From an uncultured bacterium (GTDB lineage Bacteria; UBA8481), in NCBI GenBank assembly GCA_964499705.1, contig CAZCME010000001.1:72943-136942 (forward strand): a DNA stretch of 64,000 nt. The letters are read 5' to 3'. This document shows positions 43,213-52,540 of the stretch, one piece after another. Positions within the stretch are counted from its first letter, which is position 1. The number at the start of each line of letters is the position of its first letter. The position numbers and the translations under genes were made by a program. The notes under the pieces are model-generated. The model was not told the origin of the DNA. It made no database searches and worked only from the letters and a program-made list of their open reading frames with translations.

Positions 43213-43965
43213 ATGACCGACAACGATCCAGCTTCGCATGCGTTTCCCCTGGAATGGCAACGCGGCGTGTACGAGGCCATCTCCCGCCGCCGCGACATGC
43301 GCTCCTTCCGGACCGGAGCCATTCCGCGGAACGTGCTGGCCCGCATTCTCTCCGCCGCGCATCAGGCGGGCTCGGTCGGATACATGCAGCCCTGGAACTT
43401 CATCGTGATCGAGAACGGCGAGGTCCGGCGGAAGATCCGGGAGCATGTCGATGAGGAGCGTGTCCGCGCCGCGGAACGTTTCGAGGGCGAGCGGCGCGAA
43501 CAATACCTGTCCCTGAAACTGGAAGGGATCATCGATTCCGCCGTGAATGTTTGCGTGACGTGCGACAGGAACCGGTTCGGTCCGGTCGTGCTCGGCAGGA
43601 ACACGATTCCTGAGACCGACCTCTACAGCACCTGCTGCGCGATCCAGAATCTCTGGCTGGCGGCGCGCGCCGAGGGGGTCGGCGTCGGCTGGGTATCCAT
43701 TCTCGATCCGGATATTCTTCGCGGAATTCTCGGCATACCGGACCATGTCGTTCCGGTCGCGTATTTGTGCATGGGTTATGTCGAGCATTTTCCAGACAGG
43801 CCGCTCCTGGAGACAGTGGGCTGGCTCCCCAGGTTGTCGTTGGAGGAGGTGATCTACTCCGAAAAGTGGGGCGAGCCCTCCTGCGGCGAACTCCTGCAGG
43901 CGGTGCAGTCCGTCGATATGCCTGGAGACGTCGCTTCGACGCGTTCGCCCGCTTCCTCCACATGA
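43213..43965 (+). CDS. bluB: 5,6-dimethylbenzimidazole synthase
   Basis: RRDMRSF, SVGYMQPWNF, LKLEGI, YSTCCAIQNLWLAARAEGVGVGWVS, AYLCMGY. Confidence 0.92.
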   Translation: MTDNDPASHAFPLEWQRGVYEAISRRRDMRSFRTGAIPRNVLARILSAAHQAGSVGYMQPWNFIVIENGEVRRKIREHVDEERVRAAERFEGERREQYLSLKLEGIIDSAVNVCVTCDRNRFGPVVLGRNTIPETDLYSTCCAIQNLWLAARAEGVGVGWVSILDPDILRGILGIPDHVVPVAYLCMGYVEHFPDRPLLETVGWLPRLSLEEVIYSEKWGEPSCGELLQAVQSVDMPGDVASTRSPASST

Positions 43966-44540
43966 CTGGAACCGGCGGCGATTCTCGAGGCGTGGCCGGC
44001 GTTCGATCCAGGAAGGGCCTCGTCATCGTCTACACAGGCCAGGGAAAAGGGAAGACGACCGCCGCCTTCGGAATCATCTTTCGCGCGCTGGGCCGGCACA
44101 TGCGCGTCGCGGTCGTTCAGTTCATCAAGGGCAAGTGGATGACCGGCGAGCGGATCTTCGCGGAAAGCCTGGTCGGAGCTCCGGACGCGCTCCTGGAATT
44201 CCATGTCATGGGCAAGGGGTTCACGTGGGAGAGCGATGATCTGTCGCGCGATCGCCGCGCCGCGGAGGAAGCCTGGGCGAAGTCGAGCGCGCTGATTACC
44301 GCGGGCGTTCATGATGTCGTGATTCTCGATGAGCTCACCTACGTCATGAACTACGGTTTCGTCCGCGTTGAGGAAATTCTCGGAGTTCTCCGCGATCGGC
44401 CGCCGCACGTGCATGTCGTCATCACCGGGAGAAAGGCGCCGCAGGAACTGATCGACGCGGCCGATCTCGTGACCGACATGACCGTGGTGAAGCATCCATT
44501 CAAGAACGGGATTTCGGCTCAGGAAGGCATCGACTTTTGA
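43962..44540 (+). CDS. cobO: Cob(I)yrinic acid a,c-diamide adenosyltransferase
   Basis: YTGQGKGKTTAAFG, QFIKG, GFTW, LDE, ITGR, ADLVT, KHPF, GIDF. Confidence 0.93.
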   Translation: MTGTGGDSRGVAGVRSRKGLVIVYTGQGKGKTTAAFGIIFRALGRHMRVAVVQFIKGKWMTGERIFAESLVGAPDALLEFHVMGKGFTWESDDLSRDRRAAEEAWAKSSALITAGVHDVVILDELTYVMNYGFVRVEEILGVLRDRPPHVHVVITGRKAPQELIDAADLVTDMTVVKHPFKNGISAQEGIDF

Positions 44541-45949
44541 ACGGCGATGCTGTCGGGAGCGCACTACGGATTCCGCGGATCGTTATCGCCGGAGTTTCAT
44601 CCCATGCCGGCAAGACGACTGCCGTGGTCGCGGTCGCGGCCGCGCTCGCGGCGAGGGGACTGAAGGTCGCTCTCTTCAAGTGCGGTCCCGACTATCTCGA
44701 TCCGACATATCACGCGCGCGTCTGTCCGAAGGGAAGCCACAACCTCGACGGCTGGATGATGGGGCGCGACGCGGTGCTCGCGACATTCGCCCGCGCGGCT
44801 GAGGGCGCGGATATCGCGATCATCGAAGGTGTCATGGGGCTGTTCGATGGCGCTTCGCCGTCCGGCGAGGAAGGGTCCACCGCGGAGATCGCGAAGTGGC
44901 TCGGGGCGCCTGTCGTTCTCTGCGTTGACGCGTCCGGGATGGCGCGTTCAATCGCCGCCGTCGGCCTGGGCTTCGCTTCGTTCGATCCCGCCGTGTCAGT
45001 GAAGGGGATGATCTGCAATCGCGTCGGCAGCCGGAGCCACCTCGATATTCTGAAGAAAGCCTGCCGAACGCCGATCGTCGTCGGCGGATTTCCTAAAATG
45101 CCTGAGCTGCATTTTCCGGAGCGGCATCTTGGATTGCGAACGGCGGACGAGAACGCCGTTCCCGAAGCGCACTTCGCCGCCTGGGCGGATCTGGCGCGCG
45201 AATGGCTGGACCTGGATACTTTTCTTGCGATGGCCGGCCTGGCGGCGCCCCTGGATGTTGCTTCGACGGATGTGGAAGCAGCCGCTCCGGCGATCTGCAG
45301 GATCGGTATCGCACGGGATGAAGCGTTCCATTTTTACTACGAGGATAATCTCGCCAGGCTCCGGCAGTCGGGCGCCGAGCTGGTGCCGTTCTCCCCGATT
45401 CATGATCCGGTTCTGCCGGATGTGGACGGGCTGTACATCGGCGGAGGCTACCCGGAAGCGCACGCGGCCGAATTATCCTCCAATGAATCCATGATCCGCG
45501 CGATCCGTTCCTTCGCGGAATCGGGCCGTCCGGTGTATGCCGAGTGCGGAGGCATGATGTACATGGCATCGGCCATTGTCCTGCTGACGGGCGAACGCCA
45601 TTCCATGCTTGGCATCATCCCGGGTGTCGTCGAGATGCGTGACAAGCTCGTCGCTCTCGGATACGTCGAGGTCGAGGCTCAGTCCGATTCCTTCCTGGGG
45701 CCGGCCGGCGCGCGTTTCCGGGGGCATCAATTCCGCTATTCCGAATTTCAACCGGATTCTTCGGTTGAACTCGAGCATCTCTACCGCGTGCGCCGTCGAC
45801 GCGGAGGAGATGTCTTCGACGAGGGATACCGCGTGAACAATGTGATCGCGTCCTATGTTCATGTTCACTGGGCCTCGAATCCGCTCGTGGCGGAATCGTT
45901 CGTTCGTAATTGCGTGGTCGGAAAGTCGAAAGATCCGGTGCCCGCATGA
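44537..45949 (+). CDS. cobB: Cobyrinate a,c-diamide synthase
   Basis: GKTT, KCGPDYLDP, EGVMGLFDG, ERHLGL, FYY..N, GGYPE, AECGG, GHQF.YS. Confidence 0.92.
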   Translation: MNGDAVGSALRIPRIVIAGVSSHAGKTTAVVAVAAALAARGLKVALFKCGPDYLDPTYHARVCPKGSHNLDGWMMGRDAVLATFARAAEGADIAIIEGVMGLFDGASPSGEEGSTAEIAKWLGAPVVLCVDASGMARSIAAVGLGFASFDPAVSVKGMICNRVGSRSHLDILKKACRTPIVVGGFPKMPELHFPERHLGLRTADENAVPEAHFAAWADLAREWLDLDTFLAMAGLAAPLDVASTDVEAAAPAICRIGIARDEAFHFYYEDNLARLRQSGAELVPFSPIHDPVLPDVDGLYIGGGYPEAHAAELSSNESMIRAIRSFAESGRPVYAECGGMMYMASAIVLLTGERHSMLGIIPGVVEMRDKLVALGYVEVEAQSDSFLGPAGARFRGHQFRYSEFQPDSSVELEHLYRVRRRRGGDVFDEGYRVNNVIASYVHVHWASNPLVAESFVRNCVVGKSKDPVPA

Positions 45950-46476
45950 GCCGCGCGATCATCCTGGTGACGGGCGGCAGCCGTAGCGGGAAGAGCCGGT
46001 TTGCGCTGGAGAAGGCGCAGGAACATGCCGCCCCCCGCCTCTTCGTCGCCACGGCGCCGCGCTCCGGCGATGAGGAAATGGCGGAGCGGATCGCGCGGCA
46101 CCGAAAGGATCGAGGCGAAGGCTGGGAGACGGTCGAGGCGGAATGGGAGCTCGTCCCGATTCTGTCCGAGTCCACCCTCCACTCCGTCATCCTGGTCGAT
46201 TGTCTCACCCTCTGGGTCAGCAATCTCATGATGGAACTGGAGACAGCCGCCACGGAAGACGAGATTGCGGTCCGATCGGGGGAACTTGTGAAAGCGGCGC
46301 GGCAGGGGACGGGGAAGGTCATCTTCGTGACGAACGAAGTCGGCATGGGAATCGTGCCGCAAAATGCTCTGGCCCGCCGCTTCCGCGACCTGGCCGGCCG
46401 CTGCAACCAGATCATCGCGGCGGCTTCCGACGAGGTGTATTGCGTCATGAGCGGCATTCCCCTGAAATTGCGGTAA
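45946..46476 (+). CDS. cobU: Adenosylcobinamide kinase / cobinamide-phosphate guanylyltransferase
   Basis: GGSRSGKS, DEEM..RI..H, DCLTLW, NEVGMGIVP, G..NQ. Confidence 0.94.
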   Translation: MSRAIILVTGGSRSGKSRFALEKAQEHAAPRLFVATAPRSGDEEMAERIARHRKDRGEGWETVEAEWELVPILSESTLHSVILVDCLTLWVSNLMMELETAATEDEIAVRSGELVKAARQGTGKVIFVTNEVGMGIVPQNALARRFRDLAGRCNQIIAAASDEVYCVMSGIPLKLR

Positions 46477-46545
46477 CCGGCCCGGTCCGCGCCGGACATT
46501 CTGGACGATGATGCGGATATTACTTACGATGGTCCCACGACGTTC

Positions 46546-47934
46546 ATGACCTCGACAACATCCCGTCTCATTTCCCATGATCCCGCGACGCTCGAAAAAG
46601 TGGGATCGGTTTCTTCCACGACCGTCGACGAAGTGCGTCGAGCCGTTGAGCGGGGCCGCAAGGCCGCTAAGGACTGGTCCGCAACAACGATCCCGGAACG
46701 AGCCGCCGCGCTGGAAAGGGCGGCGGAACTTCTCGCGGAGAGATCGGAGATATTCGCGAAGCTGATCTCGCGGGAAGAAGGAAAGCCGCTCCGCGAAAGC
46801 CGTTCGGAAACACTCAATACCGCCGACCGCATCCGCTACTTTGCCGAGTCCGGTCCGAAGGTCCTGGAATCTCGCATGGAACCGGTCCGGGATATCACCG
46901 GCATCGTTGAGTATCGCCCGCGCGGCGTTGTGGCAGCGGTGAAGCCGTGGAATTTTCCCGTCAATATTCCGGCCTGGACGCTCGCTCCGGCGCTTCTCGC
47001 CGGCAACGCGGTCGTCTTCAAGCCGTCGGAGCTGACGCCTCTCTGCGGCAGAAAACTTGTGGAGCTCTTCTGGGAAGCGGGCATCCCGCGGAACGTTCTT
47101 CAGATCGTGCAAGGCGGCGATGCGGTCGGAAAAGCTCTGGTCGCCGCCCCGGTGGACATGATCGCCTTTGTCGGTTCGCTCGAAGCGGGTCGTTCGATCG
47201 CGAAAATCGCCGCGCCGGATTTCAAGCAGCTCGCGCTCGAAATGGCCGGCAAGGATCCCGCCATCGTCCTGGACGACGCGGTCATAGACGAGGCGGTTGA
47301 ACTTCTCGTGCATGGCGCGTTTAAGAATTGCGGCCAGGTCTGCTGCTCCTGCGAACGGATCTATGTCGATCGGAAGATCTACCCCGCATTCGTGGAGGCC
47401 TTCGTGGAGCGCACCCGGCGGTTGGTCCTGGGGCATGGGCTGGAGGAATCCGTTGAAATCGGCCCGATGATTCGCCGGGAGGAAAGGCAGCGCGTCGAAG
47501 CGTTCGTCGCGGATGCGCGGAAGCGTGGCGCGCGCATCCTGACCGGGGGCGTCCGGCCGAAGCTGGACCTGCCCGGCGCCTTTTATTCTCCCACGGTTCT
47601 GACACGCGTCCCCGATTCCGCCGTCATGATGCGAAAGGAAATTTTCGGTCCCGCGATTCCGATACTTCCCGTGAGGGACGAAGAGGAGGCAGTCAAGCGG
47701 GCGAACGCGCTTCCGTTCGGGCTGACCGCGACGGTCTGGAGCGCGGATCGCGACCGGGGCGCCCGGATCGCCCGGCGCATCGAGGCGGGCACGGTGGCGG
47801 TTAACAGCACTACAGGATCGATCGTGCAGCATCCCTGGGGCGGAGTGAAGTCCTCGGGCTTTGGAAGAATGCTCGGCCTGGAGGGAATCCGGTCTTTCAC
47901 GCAGGTCGTTACGATCCGGATCGCAAATCGATAG
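46546..47934 (+). CDS. NAD(P)-dependent aldehyde dehydrogenase
   Basis: PWNFP, KPSE.TP, FVGS, LEMAGK (catalytic Glu), GQVCC (catalytic Cys), EIFGP, PWGGVKSSG. Confidence 0.92.
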   Translation: MTSTTSRLISHDPATLEKVGSVSSTTVDEVRRAVERGRKAAKDWSATTIPERAAALERAAELLAERSEIFAKLISREEGKPLRESRSETLNTADRIRYFAESGPKVLESRMEPVRDITGIVEYRPRGVVAAVKPWNFPVNIPAWTLAPALLAGNAVVFKPSELTPLCGRKLVELFWEAGIPRNVLQIVQGGDAVGKALVAAPVDMIAFVGSLEAGRSIAKIAAPDFKQLALEMAGKDPAIVLDDAVIDEAVELLVHGAFKNCGQVCCSCERIYVDRKIYPAFVEAFVERTRRLVLGHGLEESVEIGPMIRREERQRVEAFVADARKRGARILTGGVRPKLDLPGAFYSPTVLTRVPDSAVMMRKEIFGPAIPILPVRDEEEAVKRANALPFGLTATVWSADRDRGARIARRIEAGTVAVNSTTGSIVQHPWGGVKSSGFGRMLGLEGIRSFTQVVTIRIANR

Positions 47935-48000
47935 TCCGGCGCCCGCCGATAACCTATCATCGACAAATTACGAGAATACTTCGTGTGAAAGGACAATGAA

Positions 48001-49107
48001 TTGATCGACGAGATGGAAGCGGAATCGATCCTGAAGGAAACCATCGTCGCGATTCCCCGTTCGGATGAAGGATCGCGCGCTTCGGCGAAAGCGCGGATCG
48101 AGAAGCTGACGATGCCCTATTGGGCCTTGGGCCGCGTCCTCGACCTCGCCGTGGACCTGGCCGGCATGACGGCATCCATGCAGCCGCGCGTGGCTCGGAA
48201 GACGATCGTCACGATGGCGGGAGATCACGGAGTCGCCGCGGAGGGCGTCAGCCGGTATCCGCAGGAAGTGACTCCGCAGATGATCTATAACTTTGCCCGC
48301 GGCGGAGCGGGGATCAATGCCCTGGCGCGCGTATCGGGGGCGCGCGTCATCGTCGTCGATATGGGGATTGCCTGCGATCTCGATCCGAGCGTCGTGAGCG
48401 AATATCCCGATGGAGCGACCGTGCCTGTTCTTGTGCGGAAGATCCGGAAGAGTACGGGCAATATCGCCGCGGGCCCGGCCATGAGCCGCGATGAGGCGCA
48501 ACGCGCCGTTGCGGAAGGAATCATCCTGGCGCAGAAGCTGTCCGACTCGACGGATGTCTTCGGCACGGGCGACATGGGAATTGCCAACACGACGCCGAGC
48601 GCCGCGATCATCGCCTGCGTCTCGGGCCGTTCGCCCGGCGAAATCGCCGGGCGCGGTACCGGTCTCGATGATGCTCAACTTCTCCATAAGGTTCATATCA
48701 TTTCTCAGGCGTTGGAGACGAACCGGCCGGATCCTCGGGATGGCATCGATCTCCTCGCGAAGGTGGGAGGTTTTGAAATCGGCGGATTGGCGGGACTGAT
48801 TCTCGGAGCATCCTCCCGGCGTAAACCCATCATCGTCGATGGCTTCATTTCCACCGCGGCCGCCGCGATTGCCGCGCTCATCGCTCCGGCGTCCCGCGAC
48901 TTCATGATCGCCGCCCATCTTTCGCAGGAACGCGGTCACGCCATCGCCTGTTCGCACCTGGGCTTCAAGCCGCTTCTCGACCTGGATATGCGGTTGGGGG
49001 AGGGCACCGGCGCTGCGCTGGCCATGACGATCGTCGAAGGAGCAGCCCGTGTCCTGACCGATGTGGCGACGTTCGAGGAAGCCGCCGTATCCGGCGCGGA
49101 CACGTGA
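48001..49107 (+). CDS. cobT: Nicotinate-nucleotide-dimethylbenzimidazole phosphoribosyltransferase
   Basis: GDHGV, GGAGIN, GDMGIANTT, GRGTG, GGFEI, DGFI, RLGEGTGA. Confidence 0.94.
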   Translation: MIDEMEAESILKETIVAIPRSDEGSRASAKARIEKLTMPYWALGRVLDLAVDLAGMTASMQPRVARKTIVTMAGDHGVAAEGVSRYPQEVTPQMIYNFARGGAGINALARVSGARVIVVDMGIACDLDPSVVSEYPDGATVPVLVRKIRKSTGNIAAGPAMSRDEAQRAVAEGIILAQKLSDSTDVFGTGDMGIANTTPSAAIIACVSGRSPGEIAGRGTGLDDAQLLHKVHIISQALETNRPDPRDGIDLLAKVGGFEIGGLAGLILGASSRRKPIIVDGFISTAAAAIAALIAPASRDFMIAAHLSQERGHAIACSHLGFKPLLDLDMRLGEGTGAALAMTIVEGAARVLTDVATFEEAAVSGADT

Positions 49108-49165
49108 AATTAAGGGTCAGACCCCACTTTTATTTGGGGCGCGGCGCGTGATTGGGAGGAGATAC

Positions 49166-49918
49166 ATGGCCCCTTGCATGGCGGCCCTGGGATTTCTCAC
49201 GATCCTGCCGCTGCCGAAATCCTGGCGGGAGGATCACGACGCGCTGGGGCGGAGCGTCCCGATGTTTCCCTTCGTCGGAATCCTGATCGGGATCCTCATG
49301 GTGGCCTGCGATGCGTTCTTCACGCGCTTTCTTCCGACAGCACCGGCCTCCGTGCTTACTGCGATTGCGATGCTCGCAATTTCCGGAGGCCTGCACATGG
49401 ACGGTCTCTCCGATACCGCCGACGGTTTCTTCAGCGCCAGGCCGCGAGAGCCTGCGCTGGAGATCATGCGCGACAGCAGGATCGGAGCGATGGGCGTGAT
49501 GGCGATCGTGGCGGTCTTTTTTTTGAAGGTGGTTCTGCTGGGGACCGTGCCGCCGGAGCATCGCCTCGCCGTTATCCTCTTCATGCCTCTCGCGGGTCGA
49601 TGCGCGATGATGATCCCGATGTCGATGCTGCCGTATGCGCGCACGGAAGGAGGACTTGCGACGGTCTTTCACGCGCATCAGTCGGGAGCGCATTCCTTCT
49701 GGGCCCAGGCCTTTCTCGTCGCCGGCGGATTTCTCCTGCTTCATGAGGCGGGCGCCTGGGCTGCTGTCACGGTCATGGTCGCAGCGCATGGCCTTGCGAT
49801 CTACATGCGCAGGAAGATCGGGGGCATGACGGGTGACACGCTCGGAGCGGTCTGCGAGCTGTGCGAACTCATTCCCGCGATATTCATGATCGCCTGGCAG
49901 CGGGCGATGGCGTCATGA
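49166..49918 (+). CDS. cobS: Adenosylcobinamide-GDP ribazoletransferase (cobalamin synthase)
   Basis: FLTILP, GGLHMDGLSDTADG, IMRDSRIGAMG, GGMTGDTLGA; GGAGGA RBS. Confidence 0.94.
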   Translation: MAPCMAALGFLTILPLPKSWREDHDALGRSVPMFPFVGILIGILMVACDAFFTRFLPTAPASVLTAIAMLAISGGLHMDGLSDTADGFFSARPREPALEIMRDSRIGAMGVMAIVAVFFLKVVLLGTVPPEHRLAVILFMPLAGRCAMMIPMSMLPYARTEGGLATVFHAHQSGAHSFWAQAFLVAGGFLLLHEAGAWAAVTVMVAAHGLAIYMRRKIGGMTGDTLGAVCELCELIPAIFMIAWQRAMAS

Positions 49919-52524
49919 CGATGGTGGAGGAACGGAACGCGTATCCGCACGGAGGCCATCTTCGCGCGATCGCCGCGGAAGCGGGAGTCCCGGTGGAGCA
50001 GGTTCTCGATTTTTCCGCCAGCATCAATCCGCTCGGTTTTCCCGACTGGGTTCGGTCCCTCGTGAGCGCGTCGCTCTCCGCGGCCGCGCATTATCCCGAT
50101 CCGCACGCGGAGTCGTTCGTTCGTGCCGTCGAGCGTGTCACCGGAGTGCCGGGCGAGTGCATCGTGGCCGGCAACGGCTCCACGGAAATCTGGAGGGCCC
50201 TGGCGCGCGTGTGTGGCAGGACGCGCGTCCTTCTCGCCGCGCCCTCCTACCAGGATTACGCGGACGCCGCGCGTCTCGCCGGTCTCGAGATTGAATCTGT
50301 GCGCCTCGACGAGTCGGTCGGTTTCGCGCTGGATTGGAATGCGCTCGTGGAACGGCTCCGGGGCGATGAGCTCGTCATCCTCGGCCATCCGAACAATCCG
50401 ACGGGCCGAAAGCTTGATCCTGCCGCCGTCCGCGCATCCGCCGGTGATCATCCGGATTCGCTCTTCTGCGTCGATGAAGCCTTCCTCGATTTCGTTCCCG
50501 ATGCTTCGAGCGCATGGTCCGATCGACTTGAAAATCTGGCGGTCGTTTCCTCGCTCACGAAGATATTCGCCCTGCCCGGCCTGAGGATCGGCTGGCTGGC
50601 CGCGAATCCGGAACTTGCGGGGAGAGTGCGCGGTGAGATTCCGCCGTGGAGCATGAATGCCCTGGCGCAGGTCATCGGGGAGGCGGCGATGGCGGATCGG
50701 AAGTTCATCGATCGATCGAGGCAGTTCGTGGCGGAACGGCGTGTCGGAATGGAAGCCGCGCTCAGGGGATTCGATGCCATCACGGTCTTTCCGTCCGACG
50801 CGAATTTTCTCCTCTGCCGGATCGAATCCGGGCGCATGACCGCGGATGAATTGCGTCTCGCTCTTCTGCGGGATCGAGAATCGGAGCAACGCGTCGCGAT
50901 CCGCTCCTGCTCCAATTTCACGGGTCTGGACGATCGATACTTTCGCGTGGCGGTCCGGTCCGCGCAGGAAAACGAGATCCTGTTCCGCGGTCTCGAACGA
51001 GCCATTCAAAGGCCCGCGCGCGCGCTTCCCCGGCGGAAAACTCCCGCTCTCATGATCCAGGGCACCGGTTCTCATGCGGGGAAGAGCCTCATCACCGCCG
51101 CGCTCTGCCGTGTCCTTTTACAGGATGGCTGTCGCGTCGCTCCGTTCAAGTCGCAGAACATGTCGTTGAATTCGTACGTGACGAGGGACGGCGGGGAGAT
51201 GGGCAGGGCTCAGGTTGTCCAGGCCCAGGCCAGTCGCCTCGATCCCGATGTGAGGATGAATCCGATTCTCCTCAAGCCGATGGGCGCGAACGGTTCGCAG
51301 GTGATCGTCATGGGCCGGCCGGTCGGGATGATGACCGTCGATTCCTATATCGAGTTCAAGAATCGCGCGTTCGCGGAAGCCAGGAACGCGTACGATGAAC
51401 TGGCGGACCAGAATGATGTGATGGTGATTGAGGGAGCCGGAAGCCCCGCGGAGGTGAACCTGAAGCGTCACGACATTGCGAATATGGCGATGGCGCGTCA
51501 TGCGGACGCGTCGGTTCTGCTGGTCGGAGACATCGATCGCGGCGGGGTATTCGCATCCTTCATCGGCACGATGGAAGTTCTCGACGAGTCGGAGCGGGTG
51601 ATGGTGAAGGGATTCATCGTCAACAAGTTCCGCGGCCAGGAAAATCTCCTGGAGGATGCTTTCACGTATACCAGGCGTCACACGGGCCGCGATGTCCTGG
51701 GAGTCATTCCCTTTCTCGAAGGCCTCAACATCCCGGAGGAAGATTCCGTCGGCCATAAGAGCGGAACGTTCGACCGCTACGAGGGGCGGGAGACCTGCGT
51801 CGACCTGGCTCTTATTGATCTTCCGCACATATCGAATCACAGTGACTTCGATTCGTTTCGCGTGGAGGATGATGTGACGCTCCGTGTGGTCAGGTCGGCC
51901 TCGGACCTCGGGGAACCCGACGCGATTCTCCTGCCCGGAAGCCGGAACGTGCCCGGAGATCTCGAGCATCTGCGGGCCGCGTGTCTCGACGCCGCGATCC
52001 GGTCAGCCCGCGAGCGGGGTTGCGAGATCGTGGGAATATGCGCGGGGATGCAGATGCTGGGGCGAGAGCTAAAGGATCCGTTCGCGATGGAGTCCGCCGC
52101 CGTCAGTGTACGAGGTCTGGGGCTCCTGGATCTCGTCACCACGCTGGAGCGGGAAAAAAAGCTGATCCGCGTGCGAGCGCATCACACGGCGGGCGCGGAG
52201 ATCATAGGATATGAAATTCACCACGGCCGGACGGAATCCTCGGACCGTCCCTGCATCTTCGAGCTTTCCGAAATATCGCGGCTTCGTCCCTGTGAGCTCG
52301 GGTACGAAAGCGCCGATGGCCGCGTGTGGGGAACCTATGTGCATGGAGTGTTCGATGCGGACGGGTTCCGGAGATTCTTCATCGATCGACTACGCGCCCG
52401 AAAAGGACTGCCGCCGCTGGGGCGAACGGCGTCGTACGACCTGGAACCCGCGATCGATCGTCTCGCCGATACCGTGCGGAAATCCCTCCGAATGGATGAA
52501 ATCAGGAGACTGCTGAAACTTTGA
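49915..52524 (+). CDS. cobQ: Fused threonine-phosphate decarboxylase (CobD) and cobyric acid synthase (CobQ)
   Basis: N-terminal HGG, DFSASINP, GNGSTE, PNNPTG, DEAF, SLTK..ALPGLRIG; C-terminal QGTGS.AGKS, PFKSQNM, EGAGSPAE, GICAG, GYEIH, GTYVHG; one continuous frame. Confidence 0.9.
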   Translation: MTMVEERNAYPHGGHLRAIAAEAGVPVEQVLDFSASINPLGFPDWVRSLVSASLSAAAHYPDPHAESFVRAVERVTGVPGECIVAGNGSTEIWRALARVCGRTRVLLAAPSYQDYADAARLAGLEIESVRLDESVGFALDWNALVERLRGDELVILGHPNNPTGRKLDPAAVRASAGDHPDSLFCVDEAFLDFVPDASSAWSDRLENLAVVSSLTKIFALPGLRIGWLAANPELAGRVRGEIPPWSMNALAQVIGEAAMADRKFIDRSRQFVAERRVGMEAALRGFDAITVFPSDANFLLCRIESGRMTADELRLALLRDRESEQRVAIRSCSNFTGLDDRYFRVAVRSAQENEILFRGLERAIQRPARALPRRKTPALMIQGTGSHAGKSLITAALCRVLLQDGCRVAPFKSQNMSLNSYVTRDGGEMGRAQVVQAQASRLDPDVRMNPILLKPMGANGSQVIVMGRPVGMMTVDSYIEFKNRAFAEARNAYDELADQNDVMVIEGAGSPAEVNLKRHDIANMAMARHADASVLLVGDIDRGGVFASFIGTMEVLDESERVMVKGFIVNKFRGQENLLEDAFTYTRRHTGRDVLGVIPFLEGLNIPEEDSVGHKSGTFDRYEGRETCVDLALIDLPHISNHSDFDSFRVEDDVTLRVVRSASDLGEPDAILLPGSRNVPGDLEHLRAACLDAAIRSARERGCEIVGICAGMQMLGRELKDPFAMESAAVSVRGLGLLDLVTTLEREKKLIRVRAHHTAGAEIIGYEIHHGRTESSDRPCIFELSEISRLRPCELGYESADGRVWGTYVHGVFDADGFRRFFIDRLRARKGLPPLGRTASYDLEPAIDRLADTVRKSLRMDEIRRLLKL

Positions 52525-52540
52525 AGCGCCCGGAGGGCTT

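Noticed and set aside
45865-47832. 655-aa minus-strand ORF and other long antisense ORFs (14234-15781, 28148-29497, 49801-51075, 58793-60100, 62574-63794)
   Set aside because: Each lies opposite a gene with clear family motifs.
49113-49139. GGGTCAGACCC mini-palindrome and CCCCA..TGGGG hairpin between cobT and cobS
   Set aside because: REP-like in appearance but short and single-copy in this window; not enough support.
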